From Ktedonobacterales bacterium (GTDB taxonomy: Bacteria; Chloroflexota; Ktedonobacteria; Ktedonobacterales; JADMIN01): a stretch of DNA of 32,000 nt. The notes beneath the pieces are model-generated. The model was not told where the DNA came from and made no database searches. It saw nothing but the letters and a program-made list of their open reading frames with translations. The translations under genes were made by a program, and so were the position numbers. Shown one piece after another: positions 15,944 to 23,310 of the stretch. Each line of letters starts with the position of its first letter. Positions within the stretch are counted from its first letter, which is position 1. The stretch is taken from assembly GCA_030167145.1 (NCBI GenBank), contig CP126532.1, forward strand, positions 780,001 to 812,000, in the 5' to 3' direction.

Positions 15944-16468
15944 ATGGCAGGGCAGGATAAGGAGCCGATGCTGGGCAGTCGCGATGAGGATTGGGTCGAG
16001 GTGGTGATCGAGATACCACGTGGCAGCCGGAATAAATACGAATATGACCATGAGCGCGGCGTCTTCCGGCTGGACCGCGTGCTGTATTCGTCGGTACATT
16101 ATCCGACCGATTACGGTTTTGTGCCGGGCACGCTCTCTGGCGACGGTGATCCGCTGGATGTGCTGGTGATTGTGGAGGAGCCGACCTTCACGGGATGCCA
16201 TGTGCGCGTGCGGCCGGTTGGGACGCTGACGATGGTGGATGAAAAGGGCGAGGACGAGAAGATTCTGGCAGTGCCGGTGGGGGATCCACGTTTCACAGGG
16301 ATACGGACGTTGAGCGACCTGCAAGAGCACTGGCCGCAGGAAATATCGGCGTTCTTTCGCACTTACAAGGAGTTGCAGGGCATCCAGACGGATGTGCGCG
16401 AATGGCAGGATGTGGATGGGGCGTGGAATATGATCGCGGAGTGCCGGGAGCGGTATGAGCGCGCGTGA
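15944..16468 (+). CDS. ppa: inorganic pyrophosphatase (family I)
   Basis: EIPRGSRNKYEYD, YPTDYGFVPGTLSGDGDPLDVLV and EDEKILAV are present. ATG 15944 is preceded by AAGGAG. The ORF is open from GTG 15911. Confidence 0.92.
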   Translation: MAGQDKEPMLGSRDEDWVEVVIEIPRGSRNKYEYDHERGVFRLDRVLYSSVHYPTDYGFVPGTLSGDGDPLDVLVIVEEPTFTGCHVRVRPVGTLTMVDEKGEDEKILAVPVGDPRFTGIRTLSDLQEHWPQEISAFFRTYKELQGIQTDVREWQDVDGAWNMIAECRERYERA

Positions 16469-16567
16469 GCGATGCGGTGTGGTTGCGGGTGTCGCTGCTT
16501 TTGCGCGGGCGCGTACAATGAAAAGGCATTCCAAGGTCTCTGAATCTTGTGGGAAAGGCTGGCAACT

Positions 16568-17656
16568 ATGGAACCGGTGAATGTGCGCGAGTACGAGGCG
16601 CTGGCGCAGGCGCGTATGGATCCCGCCGCCTGGGATTACTATCGCAGCGGGGCTGAGGACGAGGTGACGGTGCGGGCGAACTGCGATGGTTTCGCGCGCA
16701 TCCGGCTGCGCCCGCGCATGCTGGTTGACGTTACCTCGTGTGATACGCGGACGACGGTGGTGGGCACGCCGGTGAGCATGCCGATTCTGATCGCGCCGAC
16801 GGCGTATCATTGCCTGGCCTGCGAAGATGGCGAGTGCGCGACAGCGCGAGCGGCGGGCGCGGCGGATACGCTGATGGTGGCGAGTACGCTGGCAACGCGC
16901 AACATTGAGGCAATTGCGGCAGCGGCCACTGGGCCACTGTGGTTCCAACTGTATGTCTACAGAGACCGCGCTGTTTCGGAATCGCTGGTACGGCGAGCGG
17001 AGGCGGCGGGTTATCGGGCACTGGTGCTGACGGTGGATACACCGCGACTGGGGAGGCGCGAACGCGACATTCGCAACGCCTTCAGCCTGCCGCCGCACCT
17101 GGGCATGGCGAACTTTACCAGCGAGGATGATTTGACGATGGTTCATTTCCAGGGGACGGGAAAGTCGGCGCTGGCGGCGCATGTGGCGGCATTGTTCGAT
17201 ACCTCGCTGACGTGGGAGGCGCTCTCGTGGCTGCGGAGCATTACCACGCTGCCAGTGCTGGTGAAGGGCGTGCTGACGGGAGAAGATGCCGAACTGGCGA
17301 TACAGCACGGCGCGGCGGGGATTCTGGTCTCGAACCACGGTGGGCGACAACTGGATGGCGCGCTGGCGAGCATTGAGGCGCTACCGGAGGTGGTGGAGGC
17401 GGTGAATGGGCGGTGTGAGGTGTATCTGGATGGCGGCATACGGCGGGGCACGGATGTGCTGAAGGCGCTGGCGCTGGGCGCGCGGGCGGTGCTGGTGGGG
17501 CGTCCGATCCTCTGGGGGCTGGGGGCGAACGGCGAGGCGGGCGCGCGCCACGTGCTGGAGTTGCTGCGCGCGGAGCTGGAACTGGCAATGGCGCTGGCGG
17601 GTCGTCCGCGGCTGGCGGAGATTGATCGCTCGCTGGTGAAGATGCTGCCAAATTGA
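16568..17656 (+). CDS. FMN-dependent alpha-hydroxy acid oxidase/dehydrogenase (glycolate oxidase / L-lactate oxidase family)
   Basis: WFQLYVY, TVDTPRLGRRERD, SNHGGRQLD and VYLDGGIRRGTDVLKALALGA are present. ATG 16568 has GGAAAGG upstream. Confidence 0.88.
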   Translation: MEPVNVREYEALAQARMDPAAWDYYRSGAEDEVTVRANCDGFARIRLRPRMLVDVTSCDTRTTVVGTPVSMPILIAPTAYHCLACEDGECATARAAGAADTLMVASTLATRNIEAIAAAATGPLWFQLYVYRDRAVSESLVRRAEAAGYRALVLTVDTPRLGRRERDIRNAFSLPPHLGMANFTSEDDLTMVHFQGTGKSALAAHVAALFDTSLTWEALSWLRSITTLPVLVKGVLTGEDAELAIQHGAAGILVSNHGGRQLDGALASIEALPEVVEAVNGRCEVYLDGGIRRGTDVLKALALGARAVLVGRPILWGLGANGEAGARHVLELLRAELELAMALAGRPRLAEIDRSLVKMLPN

Positions 17657-17669
17657 GGGACGGAGACAC

Positions 17670-18134
17670 ATGGACAACGAACGACGGGCCGAGTTGATCG
17701 CGCAGTATAAGGACGGCTACCGGGCGGTGCGTGAGGCGGTGGAGATGCTCACTGAGGCCGAGCTTGACCGGCGAGCGACGCCAGATGACTGGACGCCGCG
17801 CGAAATCGCGCATCATCTGGCCGATAGTGAGACGACGTCGTACATCCGGCTGCGACGGGTGCTGGCCGAAGACCGTCCGACGATCCAGGGCTATGATGAG
17901 ATGGAGTTTGCGCGCAGGCTGCATTATGATCGCCCGATTGCGACATCGCTGGATGTGTTGCGGGCGGTGCGCGCGTCGTCGGCCGAGCTGCTCGACTGGC
18001 TGACAGCGGAGGAGTGGACGCGCGAGGGTACGCACAGTGAGAGCGGGAGCTACAGCGTGGAGGACTGGCTGGAGATCTACGCGGCCCACGCGCACGACCA
18101 TGCCGCCCAAATGCTGCGCGCCCGTTTGTCATGA
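17670..18134 (+). CDS. DinB-family (DinB_2-like) metal-binding four-helix-bundle protein
   Basis: A 154-aa protein with the spaced His triad typical of DinB-like proteins (REIAHHLADSE ... AAHAHDHAAQM). The start lies 13 nt after the previous gene, with GGAG upstream. Confidence 0.65.
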   Translation: MDNERRAELIAQYKDGYRAVREAVEMLTEAELDRRATPDDWTPREIAHHLADSETTSYIRLRRVLAEDRPTIQGYDEMEFARRLHYDRPIATSLDVLRAVRASSAELLDWLTAEEWTREGTHSESGSYSVEDWLEIYAAHAHDHAAQMLRARLS

Positions 18135-18211
18135 TGTTGTGGGTTGGCATTGGCATCGGACGCTATAGTATGTAGAGTCACAATTTTCTGGTACATTCGT
18201 GCAGAGGTGCG

Positions 18212-18499
18212 ATGACGTGTGGCTTGATAGGGAGGGGCTTTGTGGGGTTCGTGATGTTCTTGAGCGTTGTCTTGATAATCGTCTGGTTCGCGGTGGGCGC
18301 GGTGTTGCTGGCGCGGTCTTTCTGGATCCACCGGGCGCAACAGCAGTCTGCCCAGCCGCAGACGCAGGGGCAACCACAGGGAGTACCGATGCAAACGGCG
18401 AGCACACTCACGCTGCCGGAGCCGGTGCGGCGCGCGCTGCAGGCCGCGAACGCAAAAGTGGCGGCGACAGTTGCGCGGTTGCTGCCCACTGGGCGCTAG
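18212..18499 (+). CDS. small hypothetical membrane protein (one TM helix, Gln-rich tail)
   Basis: A 95-aa ORF. AGAGG lies 4 nt before ATG 18212. One clear hydrophobic helix is present (FVGFVMFLSVVLIIVWFAVGAVLLA), followed by QQQSAQPQTQGQPQG. TATAGT lies at 18164-18169 upstream. There is no homology I can recognise. Confidence 0.45.
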   Translation: MTCGLIGRGFVGFVMFLSVVLIIVWFAVGAVLLARSFWIHRAQQQSAQPQTQGQPQGVPMQTASTLTLPEPVRRALQAANAKVAATVARLLPTGR

Positions 18500-18514
18500 G
18501 TTGATCGCTGTTCT

Positions 18515-19399
18515 ATGGCTATTTCCTGTCGTCCCGCTACCACCGCTGATCTGCTGGTGATAGACGACATCTACTATCAGAACGAGATGCGCGGCGAGGC
18601 TGCGCCGCCGCCACCGCGTCCCCTTGCGGGGTTTCGCTATGTGCTGGCGACGGGTAATCTGGTGGTGGCGGAACGCGATGGCGAGACGGTTGGTTTCGCG
18701 GGGCGTGTCGTGCGCGGGGATGTAGCCTACCTGACCGATCTCTTTGTGCGCGAAGAACAGCAATCGGGGCACGTGGGTCAGGCGTTGCTGGCTGCGGTAT
18801 TGCCGCATGATACGCCGATTCGCTGTACGCTTGCCTCGGTGGACTTCCGCGCGCATGCGCTCTATATCCGCGATGGGATGCGACCACGCTGGCCGAACTA
18901 CTGGCTGCATGGGGTTGCGGACGATCTCGGTGATCTGCCCACAAGCGATCTCACGACTGTCGAGGCTGATTTCGCTGATCCGGCGCTGCTGGCGTGGGAC
19001 ACGGAGATGAGCGGGCGCTCTCGCCTTGGGGACCATGCGTACTGGCGCGATGTTTGTGGCGCTGTGCCGCTGTGGTTTCGGCGCGGCGGCGAGACGGTGG
19101 GCTATGGCGTGGTGAGCACGCGCGGGAGTTCGTCGCTGTGGTATCCCGATGCGTTCACGATTGGCCCGATTGGCGCGCGCCGCGTGGAGGATGCCGCCGC
19201 GTGTGTCTGCGCCACGGTGGCGTGGGCGCGTGCGCATGGCGAAGTGCTGCGGCTGGGGATCCCCGGCGCGCATCCGGCGCTGGCGGCGCTGCTCGCCGCT
19301 GGCTTTCGCATCGTCTATATCGAGACGTTCCTCTCGTCGGCTGAGACGCCGTTCTTCGACCCGGAGCGGTATACCCCTTCGGGGGATCTGGTGTTGTGA
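18515..19399 (+). CDS. GNAT-family N-acetyltransferase (two GNAT-like halves)
   Basis: The N-terminal half has acetyl-CoA motif A context (LFVREEQQSGHVGQALLAAVL). The second half ends GFRIVYIETF. Total length is 294 aa. Confidence 0.7.
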   Translation: MAISCRPATTADLLVIDDIYYQNEMRGEAAPPPPRPLAGFRYVLATGNLVVAERDGETVGFAGRVVRGDVAYLTDLFVREEQQSGHVGQALLAAVLPHDTPIRCTLASVDFRAHALYIRDGMRPRWPNYWLHGVADDLGDLPTSDLTTVEADFADPALLAWDTEMSGRSRLGDHAYWRDVCGAVPLWFRRGGETVGYGVVSTRGSSSLWYPDAFTIGPIGARRVEDAAACVCATVAWARAHGEVLRLGIPGAHPALAALLAAGFRIVYIETFLSSAETPFFDPERYTPSGDLVL

Positions 19400-19406
19400 G
19401 GGGTAT

Positions 19407-20552
19407 ATGACGGTTGAACAAGGGGTGATCGCCGGGCTGGCGGGCATTCTCGTGCTGCTGGTGGGGTATCTGGTGGGCAGCCGGGGAAGGGGGCGCACGG
19501 GAGAGAAAGCTGGGCCAGTGCAGGGGATTGGGTCGGGCGGTGATGGGTCGCTGGCGGCGCTGGCGCCCGCGTTGGGCGAGCTACGCGGTGAGTTGCGCGG
19601 GCAGTTTGGCGAATTGCACGAGAAGGTGCGGCTGCTGCAAACGGCGGTGGCGGCGGATGAAGCGCGACGCGGGCCGGAGGATGCGGCATGGGAGGCGATC
19701 CAGCGGGTGGAGCATACGCTGGCGAAGCTGGATCAGTTGCCCTACGCGCAGCAAGAGTTGCGCGAGCAGGTGACGGGCGCGCTACGCGATCTAGCGGCGA
19801 TCAAGGAGTTGCAGACGGAGGCGCGGCAGCGGTTCCGGCGTGAGGATGATGCCTATACGTCGCTGCAACGGCTGGCGGCGACGCTGCTCGGCTCGGCGAC
19901 AAGCGGCGCGACGGGCGAGCGGTTGGTGCAGGAGGCGCTGGCGGGGCTGCCGCCGCAGTGGGTCATCACGAATCACGCGGTCGGTGGCAAACGAGTGGAG
20001 TTCGCGATACGCTTGCCGGATGGCCTGGTGTTGCCGGTGGATAGCAAGGTGGTGGCGCAGGGCAGGCTGGAGACGCTGGGCGGGGCTGAAGACGCGGGTG
20101 AGCGCGAATCGCTAGAGAAGGCGATACGCACCGAAGTGATGCAACGCGCGGGTGAGGTGCGGCAGTATGTGGATGAGCGCACGCCGGGGTTTACGGTGAT
20201 GGCGCTGCCCGATGCGGCGTATACGCTGTGTGGCGCGATACTGCCACGCGCATTTCAGGAGCATCGCGCGCTGATCGTGCCGTATAGCTTGCTTGGGCCG
20301 TTCATTCTGATGGTGTATGAGCAACACTTGCGCGCGGGCATGGACCTGGATAGCGCGCGTATTGCCCGCATCGTCGCCGACATCGAGAACCGACTCAGCC
20401 GCGCGCAGCAGGAATTGAATGGGCGCATCAGCGCGGCGATTACCTCGCTGAGCAGAGGACGCGATGTGCTACAGACCGAACTGGCGGACGTGGCGCAGGC
20501 GCTGGCGCTGCTCCGTGGCATCACCAGCGAGGGCGAGGCCACGGAGCGATGA
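19407..20552 (+). CDS. rmuC: DNA recombination protein RmuC homolog
   Basis: ATG 19407 follows GAGGGG. The protein has an N-terminal TM helix (VIAGLAGILVLLVGYLVG) and a coiled-coil region. RmuC core motifs are present: RVEFAIRLPDGLVLPVDSKVV, FTVMALPDAAY, LIVPYSLLGPFILMV. The listed ORF start 19149 is an Arg-rich extension that overlaps the GNAT gene. Confidence 0.7.
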   Translation: MTVEQGVIAGLAGILVLLVGYLVGSRGRGRTGEKAGPVQGIGSGGDGSLAALAPALGELRGELRGQFGELHEKVRLLQTAVAADEARRGPEDAAWEAIQRVEHTLAKLDQLPYAQQELREQVTGALRDLAAIKELQTEARQRFRREDDAYTSLQRLAATLLGSATSGATGERLVQEALAGLPPQWVITNHAVGGKRVEFAIRLPDGLVLPVDSKVVAQGRLETLGGAEDAGERESLEKAIRTEVMQRAGEVRQYVDERTPGFTVMALPDAAYTLCGAILPRAFQEHRALIVPYSLLGPFILMVYEQHLRAGMDLDSARIARIVADIENRLSRAQQELNGRISAAITSLSRGRDVLQTELADVAQALALLRGITSEGEATER

Positions 20553-20565
20553 GATAGCGCGTGGG

Positions 20566-22437
20566 CTAGCGCGGGCGCTCTGGCTCGCGCAGGCGCAGAT
20601 GCAGATCGCGAAGTTGCTCTTCGGCGACGGGTGAGGGGGCGCGCATGAGCGCGTCCTGCCCGTTCTGCATCTTCGGGAAGACGATCACATCGCGGATGGT
20701 CTCACCGCCCGCCAGCAGCATGACCAGGCGGTCAATGCCGAGGGCGATGCCGCCATGCGGCGGTGCGCCGAACTCGAAGGCTTCGAGCATGTGGCCGAAT
20801 TGCTCAACGATCTGCTCTTCCGAGAGGCCGAGCAACTGGAAGACTTTGCGCTGGAGATCGGCGATATTGATGCGGATGCTGCCGCCGCCAATCTCGTAGC
20901 CGTTGCAGACGATGTCGTACTGGCGGGCGGTGACGGCGAGCGGGTCGGTGTCGAGGAGCGGCTCATCGCCGGGGCGCATGCCGGAGAAGGGATTGTGGGT
21001 GGCGTGGTAGCGCTGGACACCGTTGTCTTCGATGACTTCCAGCAGGGGAAAGTCTACCACCCAACAGAGCGCCACCTCATCGGGATCAATCAAGCCCAAC
21101 TGCTCGCCCATGCGGCTGCGTAGGCGCGAGAGCACATCGTTGGCGACTTTCGGTTCGTCGGCGACAAAGAGCAGCAAGTCGCCGGTTTCGCCGTTCATAC
21201 GCGCCGTGATCTGAGCTAACTCATCGGGTGTGGTGAACTTGGTGAGCGGCCCCTTGGGGCCATCGGGCAGCAGCGCCAGCGTGACCAGACCTTTTGCGCC
21301 GAGGTTCTTGGCGAATTCGGTCAATTCATCCAGTTCTTTGCGGGTGGCGGTGGCACGGCCAGGCACACGCAGCCCTTTGACGACGTCACCGCGATCCAGT
21401 GCGTCGTGGAAGACCTTGAAGGAACCGATGCGGGCAGTGTCGCCAAGGGAGACGAGCGGCAGATCGAAGCGTAGATCGGGGCGGTCGTTGCCGTAGCGCT
21501 CCATCGCGTCATCGAATGCGATGCGTGGGAAAGGCGTTTGCTTAATGCGCTTGCCTGTGGCGCTGGTGATGAGTTCGATGAGCATGCCTTCGATCAGGCC
21601 CATCACGTCTTCTTCGCCGACGAACGACATTTCGACATCGAGTTGGGTGAATTCGGGCTGGCGGTCGGCGCGCAGGTCTTCGTCGCGGAAGCAGCGGGCG
21701 ATCTGGAAATAGCGATCAATGCCGGCGACCATGAGCAACTGCTTGAATTGCTGCGGCGCCTGCGGCAAGGCGTAGAATTCGCCGGGGTAGAGGCGGCTGG
21801 GCACGAGGTAGTCGCGTGCGCCTTCGGGGGTGCTCTTGGTCAGGATCGGCGTCTCAACTTCAAGGAAACCGCGCTCGTCCATGTAGTCGCGGATATGCTT
21901 GACGACGCGATGGCGCAGTTCGAGATTGGCGCGCATGGTGTCGCGGCGGAGGTCCAGATAGCGGTAGCGCAGGCGCAGCGCCTCATCGGCGGAGACATGG
22001 TCGGCGATGGGGAAAGGCGGCACTTTGGCGGCGTTGAGGATTTCGACGCGCTGGGCTTCGACTTCGATGTCGCCGGTCTTGAGCGCAGGATTCTCTTTAC
22101 CGGGGAGGCGGTGAACGACCACACCTTCGATGCGCAAGACGTATTCAAGGCGAGCGCTGTTGGCGACTTCGTGGGCAGCGGCGGCTTCGGGCGAGCGTTC
22201 CGGGTCGAAGACGACCTGAGTGAGGCCGTAGCGGTCGCGCAAATCTATGAAGAGCAGCTTACCATAGTCGCGACGGTGCGCGACCCACCCGGTGAGAATG
22301 ACATTCTGGCCGACGTTGGCGGCGGTCAACTCGCCACAGGTGACGCTACGCAGGGTGGTGGCGAGGGACGATGTGGGGGCTGTGGCGCGCTGCGCGGAGC
22401 GGGATGCGCCCGATTGTTTAGTAGAACGTGAAGCCAC
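20566..22437 (-). CDS. aspS: aspartate--tRNA ligase (bacterial type, with insertion domain)
   Basis: The OB-fold start is RSVTCGELTAANVGQNVILTGWV. Class II motif 2 (CFRDEDLRADRQPEFTQLD) and motif 3 (GGIALGIDRLVMLL) are present. GTG 22437 has AGGAG 10 nt upstream. The ORF is open to ATG 22476. Confidence 0.93.
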   Translation of the reverse strand: MASRSTKQSGASRSAQRATAPTSSLATTLRSVTCGELTAANVGQNVILTGWVAHRRDYGKLLFIDLRDRYGLTQVVFDPERSPEAAAAHEVANSARLEYVLRIEGVVVHRLPGKENPALKTGDIEVEAQRVEILNAAKVPPFPIADHVSADEALRLRYRYLDLRRDTMRANLELRHRVVKHIRDYMDERGFLEVETPILTKSTPEGARDYLVPSRLYPGEFYALPQAPQQFKQLLMVAGIDRYFQIARCFRDEDLRADRQPEFTQLDVEMSFVGEEDVMGLIEGMLIELITSATGKRIKQTPFPRIAFDDAMERYGNDRPDLRFDLPLVSLGDTARIGSFKVFHDALDRGDVVKGLRVPGRATATRKELDELTEFAKNLGAKGLVTLALLPDGPKGPLTKFTTPDELAQITARMNGETGDLLLFVADEPKVANDVLSRLRSRMGEQLGLIDPDEVALCWVVDFPLLEVIEDNGVQRYHATHNPFSGMRPGDEPLLDTDPLAVTARQYDIVCNGYEIGGGSIRINIADLQRKVFQLLGLSEEQIVEQFGHMLEAFEFGAPPHGGIALGIDRLVMLLAGGETIRDVIVFPKMQNGQDALMRAPSPVAEEQLRDLHLRLREPERPR

Positions 22438-22593
22438 GCGAGATGATCTCCTATGTGCAGTGATAGCTCGCCGCACGCGCGCTGACCGAGGCGTGACGCA
22501 AGCCTCGGTGCCAGGGGTGTAGGGTGGCGAGTTTGGGAAGAAGCCTCAGACGACATTGTACCGCTGACGCCGCAGAAGATACAGCACATGGGC

Positions 22594-23226
22594 CTATGGC
22601 GTGTCAACCCAGGTGTATTCCATTTGGCGTGCGGTGGCTACGGCATGTTCTCGTCCAAGTATACAAGCGACGATATGCAGGCTCATATCTATGCCAGCAG
22701 AGATGCCCGCTGACGTGATGATCTTGCCTTCGTCTACCCAGCGGGTTTCGCGCTGGACGCGCACGGCGGGGAAGTCTTTGGCAAAGCGGTCCAGGCTGGC
22801 CCAGTGGGTGGTGGCGGCTTTGTCGGCCAACAGTCCGGCCTGGGCGAGCAGGAACGCTCCGGTGCAGACTGAGGCGGTGATGGCGGTGTGTTGCGCGACG
22901 CTGGCAATCCAGCCAATCAGCGCGTCGTTGGTGACTTCACGGCGAGTGCCCCAGCCGCCAGGGACGATGAGCAGGTCAATTACCGGAGCGGTCTCGATAG
23001 TAAAATGCGGCTGGATGAGCAGATTGCCGCGAGCGACGATAGTGCAGTCGTGTTCGGCAACGGTGAAGACGTGAAACGCGGGTTGCTCTGGGTGCTGATC
23101 ACTGGTGGTTAGGCGCGCGGCGACGGAAAAGACCTCGAAGGGGCCGCAGAAGTCCAGGACTTCGACATCATCGAAGATCAGGATGCCGACGGAGTGTGGG
23201 ATGGGATTATTGGCGCTGGCGTCCAC
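22594..23226 (-). CDS. DJ-1/PfpI-family protein (type 1 glutamine amidotransferase-like)
   Basis: VGILIFDDVEVLDFCGPFEVF, LLIVPGGWG and the nucleophile-elbow Cys (ITASVCTGAFLLAQAG) are present. GTG 23226 is preceded by AAAGGA 8 nt upstream. The listed TTG 23256 lies inside a hairpin arm and lacks an SD. Confidence 0.85.
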   Translation of the reverse strand: MDASANNPIPHSVGILIFDDVEVLDFCGPFEVFSVAARLTTSDQHPEQPAFHVFTVAEHDCTIVARGNLLIQPHFTIETAPVIDLLIVPGGWGTRREVTNDALIGWIASVAQHTAITASVCTGAFLLAQAGLLADKAATTHWASLDRFAKDFPAVRVQRETRWVDEGKIITSAGISAGIDMSLHIVACILGREHAVATARQMEYTWVDTP

Positions 23227-23253
23227 GGTTGGCGTCCTTTCGCATGAGTACGA

Positions 23254-23283
23254 CAAGCGCCAACCATTTCGGGTTGGCGCTTG
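23254..23283 (-). other. 12-bp perfect-stem hairpin between the PP2C gene stop and the DJ-1 gene start
   Basis: CAAGCGCCAACC (23254-23265) pairs with GGTTGGCGCTTG (23272-23283) around a 6-nt loop. No U-tract follows on the minus strand. A third copy of the arm, GGTTGGCG, sits at 23227-23234 and abuts GTG 23226. Confidence 0.6.
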
Positions 23284-23310
23284 ATGGGTGACTAGAGACT
23301 ACTGAATGTG

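Noticed and set aside
15635-17350. A 571-aa minus-strand ORF. Similar long ORFs were also considered: 18077..19498 (-), 5973..7178 (-), 1304..2455 (-), 7971..8879 (-), 25935..26819 (-), 23308..24432 (+), 21538..22431 (+), 28838..29692 (+) and 14335..15114 (+).
   Set aside because: Each lies antisense to a gene with unmistakable conserved motifs (ppa, hydroxyacid oxidase, GNAT, pepA, sucB, purQ, Sua5, PP2C, aspS, ArsA, acyl-CoA synthetase). Their translations are Arg/His/Pro/Ala-rich with no motifs. They are typical stop-poor shadow frames of GC-rich DNA.
18144-18155. TTGGCATTGGCA, considered as a sigma54 (-24/-12) promoter upstream of the small TM ORF.
   Set aside because: The GG-to-GC spacing does not fit TGGCAC-N5-TTGC. 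It is simply a 6-bp direct duplication near a TATAGT box.
19149-19406. An upstream extension of the rmuC ORF overlapping the 3' end of the GNAT gene in another frame (possible overlapping gene or longer RmuC).
   Set aside because: The extension is Arg/Trp/Cys-rich nonsense (MRSRLARLARAAWRMPPRV...). ATG 19407 has an SD and begins with the TM helix typical of RmuC.
22438-22593. A T-box leader upstream of aspS. The plus strand at 22519-22530 reads TAGGGTGGCGAG, resembling the T-box core AGGGUGGNACC.
   Set aside because: The match is on the strand opposite to aspS. The ~150-nt leader is too short, and I see no specifier-loop or terminator-antiterminator architecture. The only hairpin is ACCGAGGC ... 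GCCUCGGU, without a U-tract.
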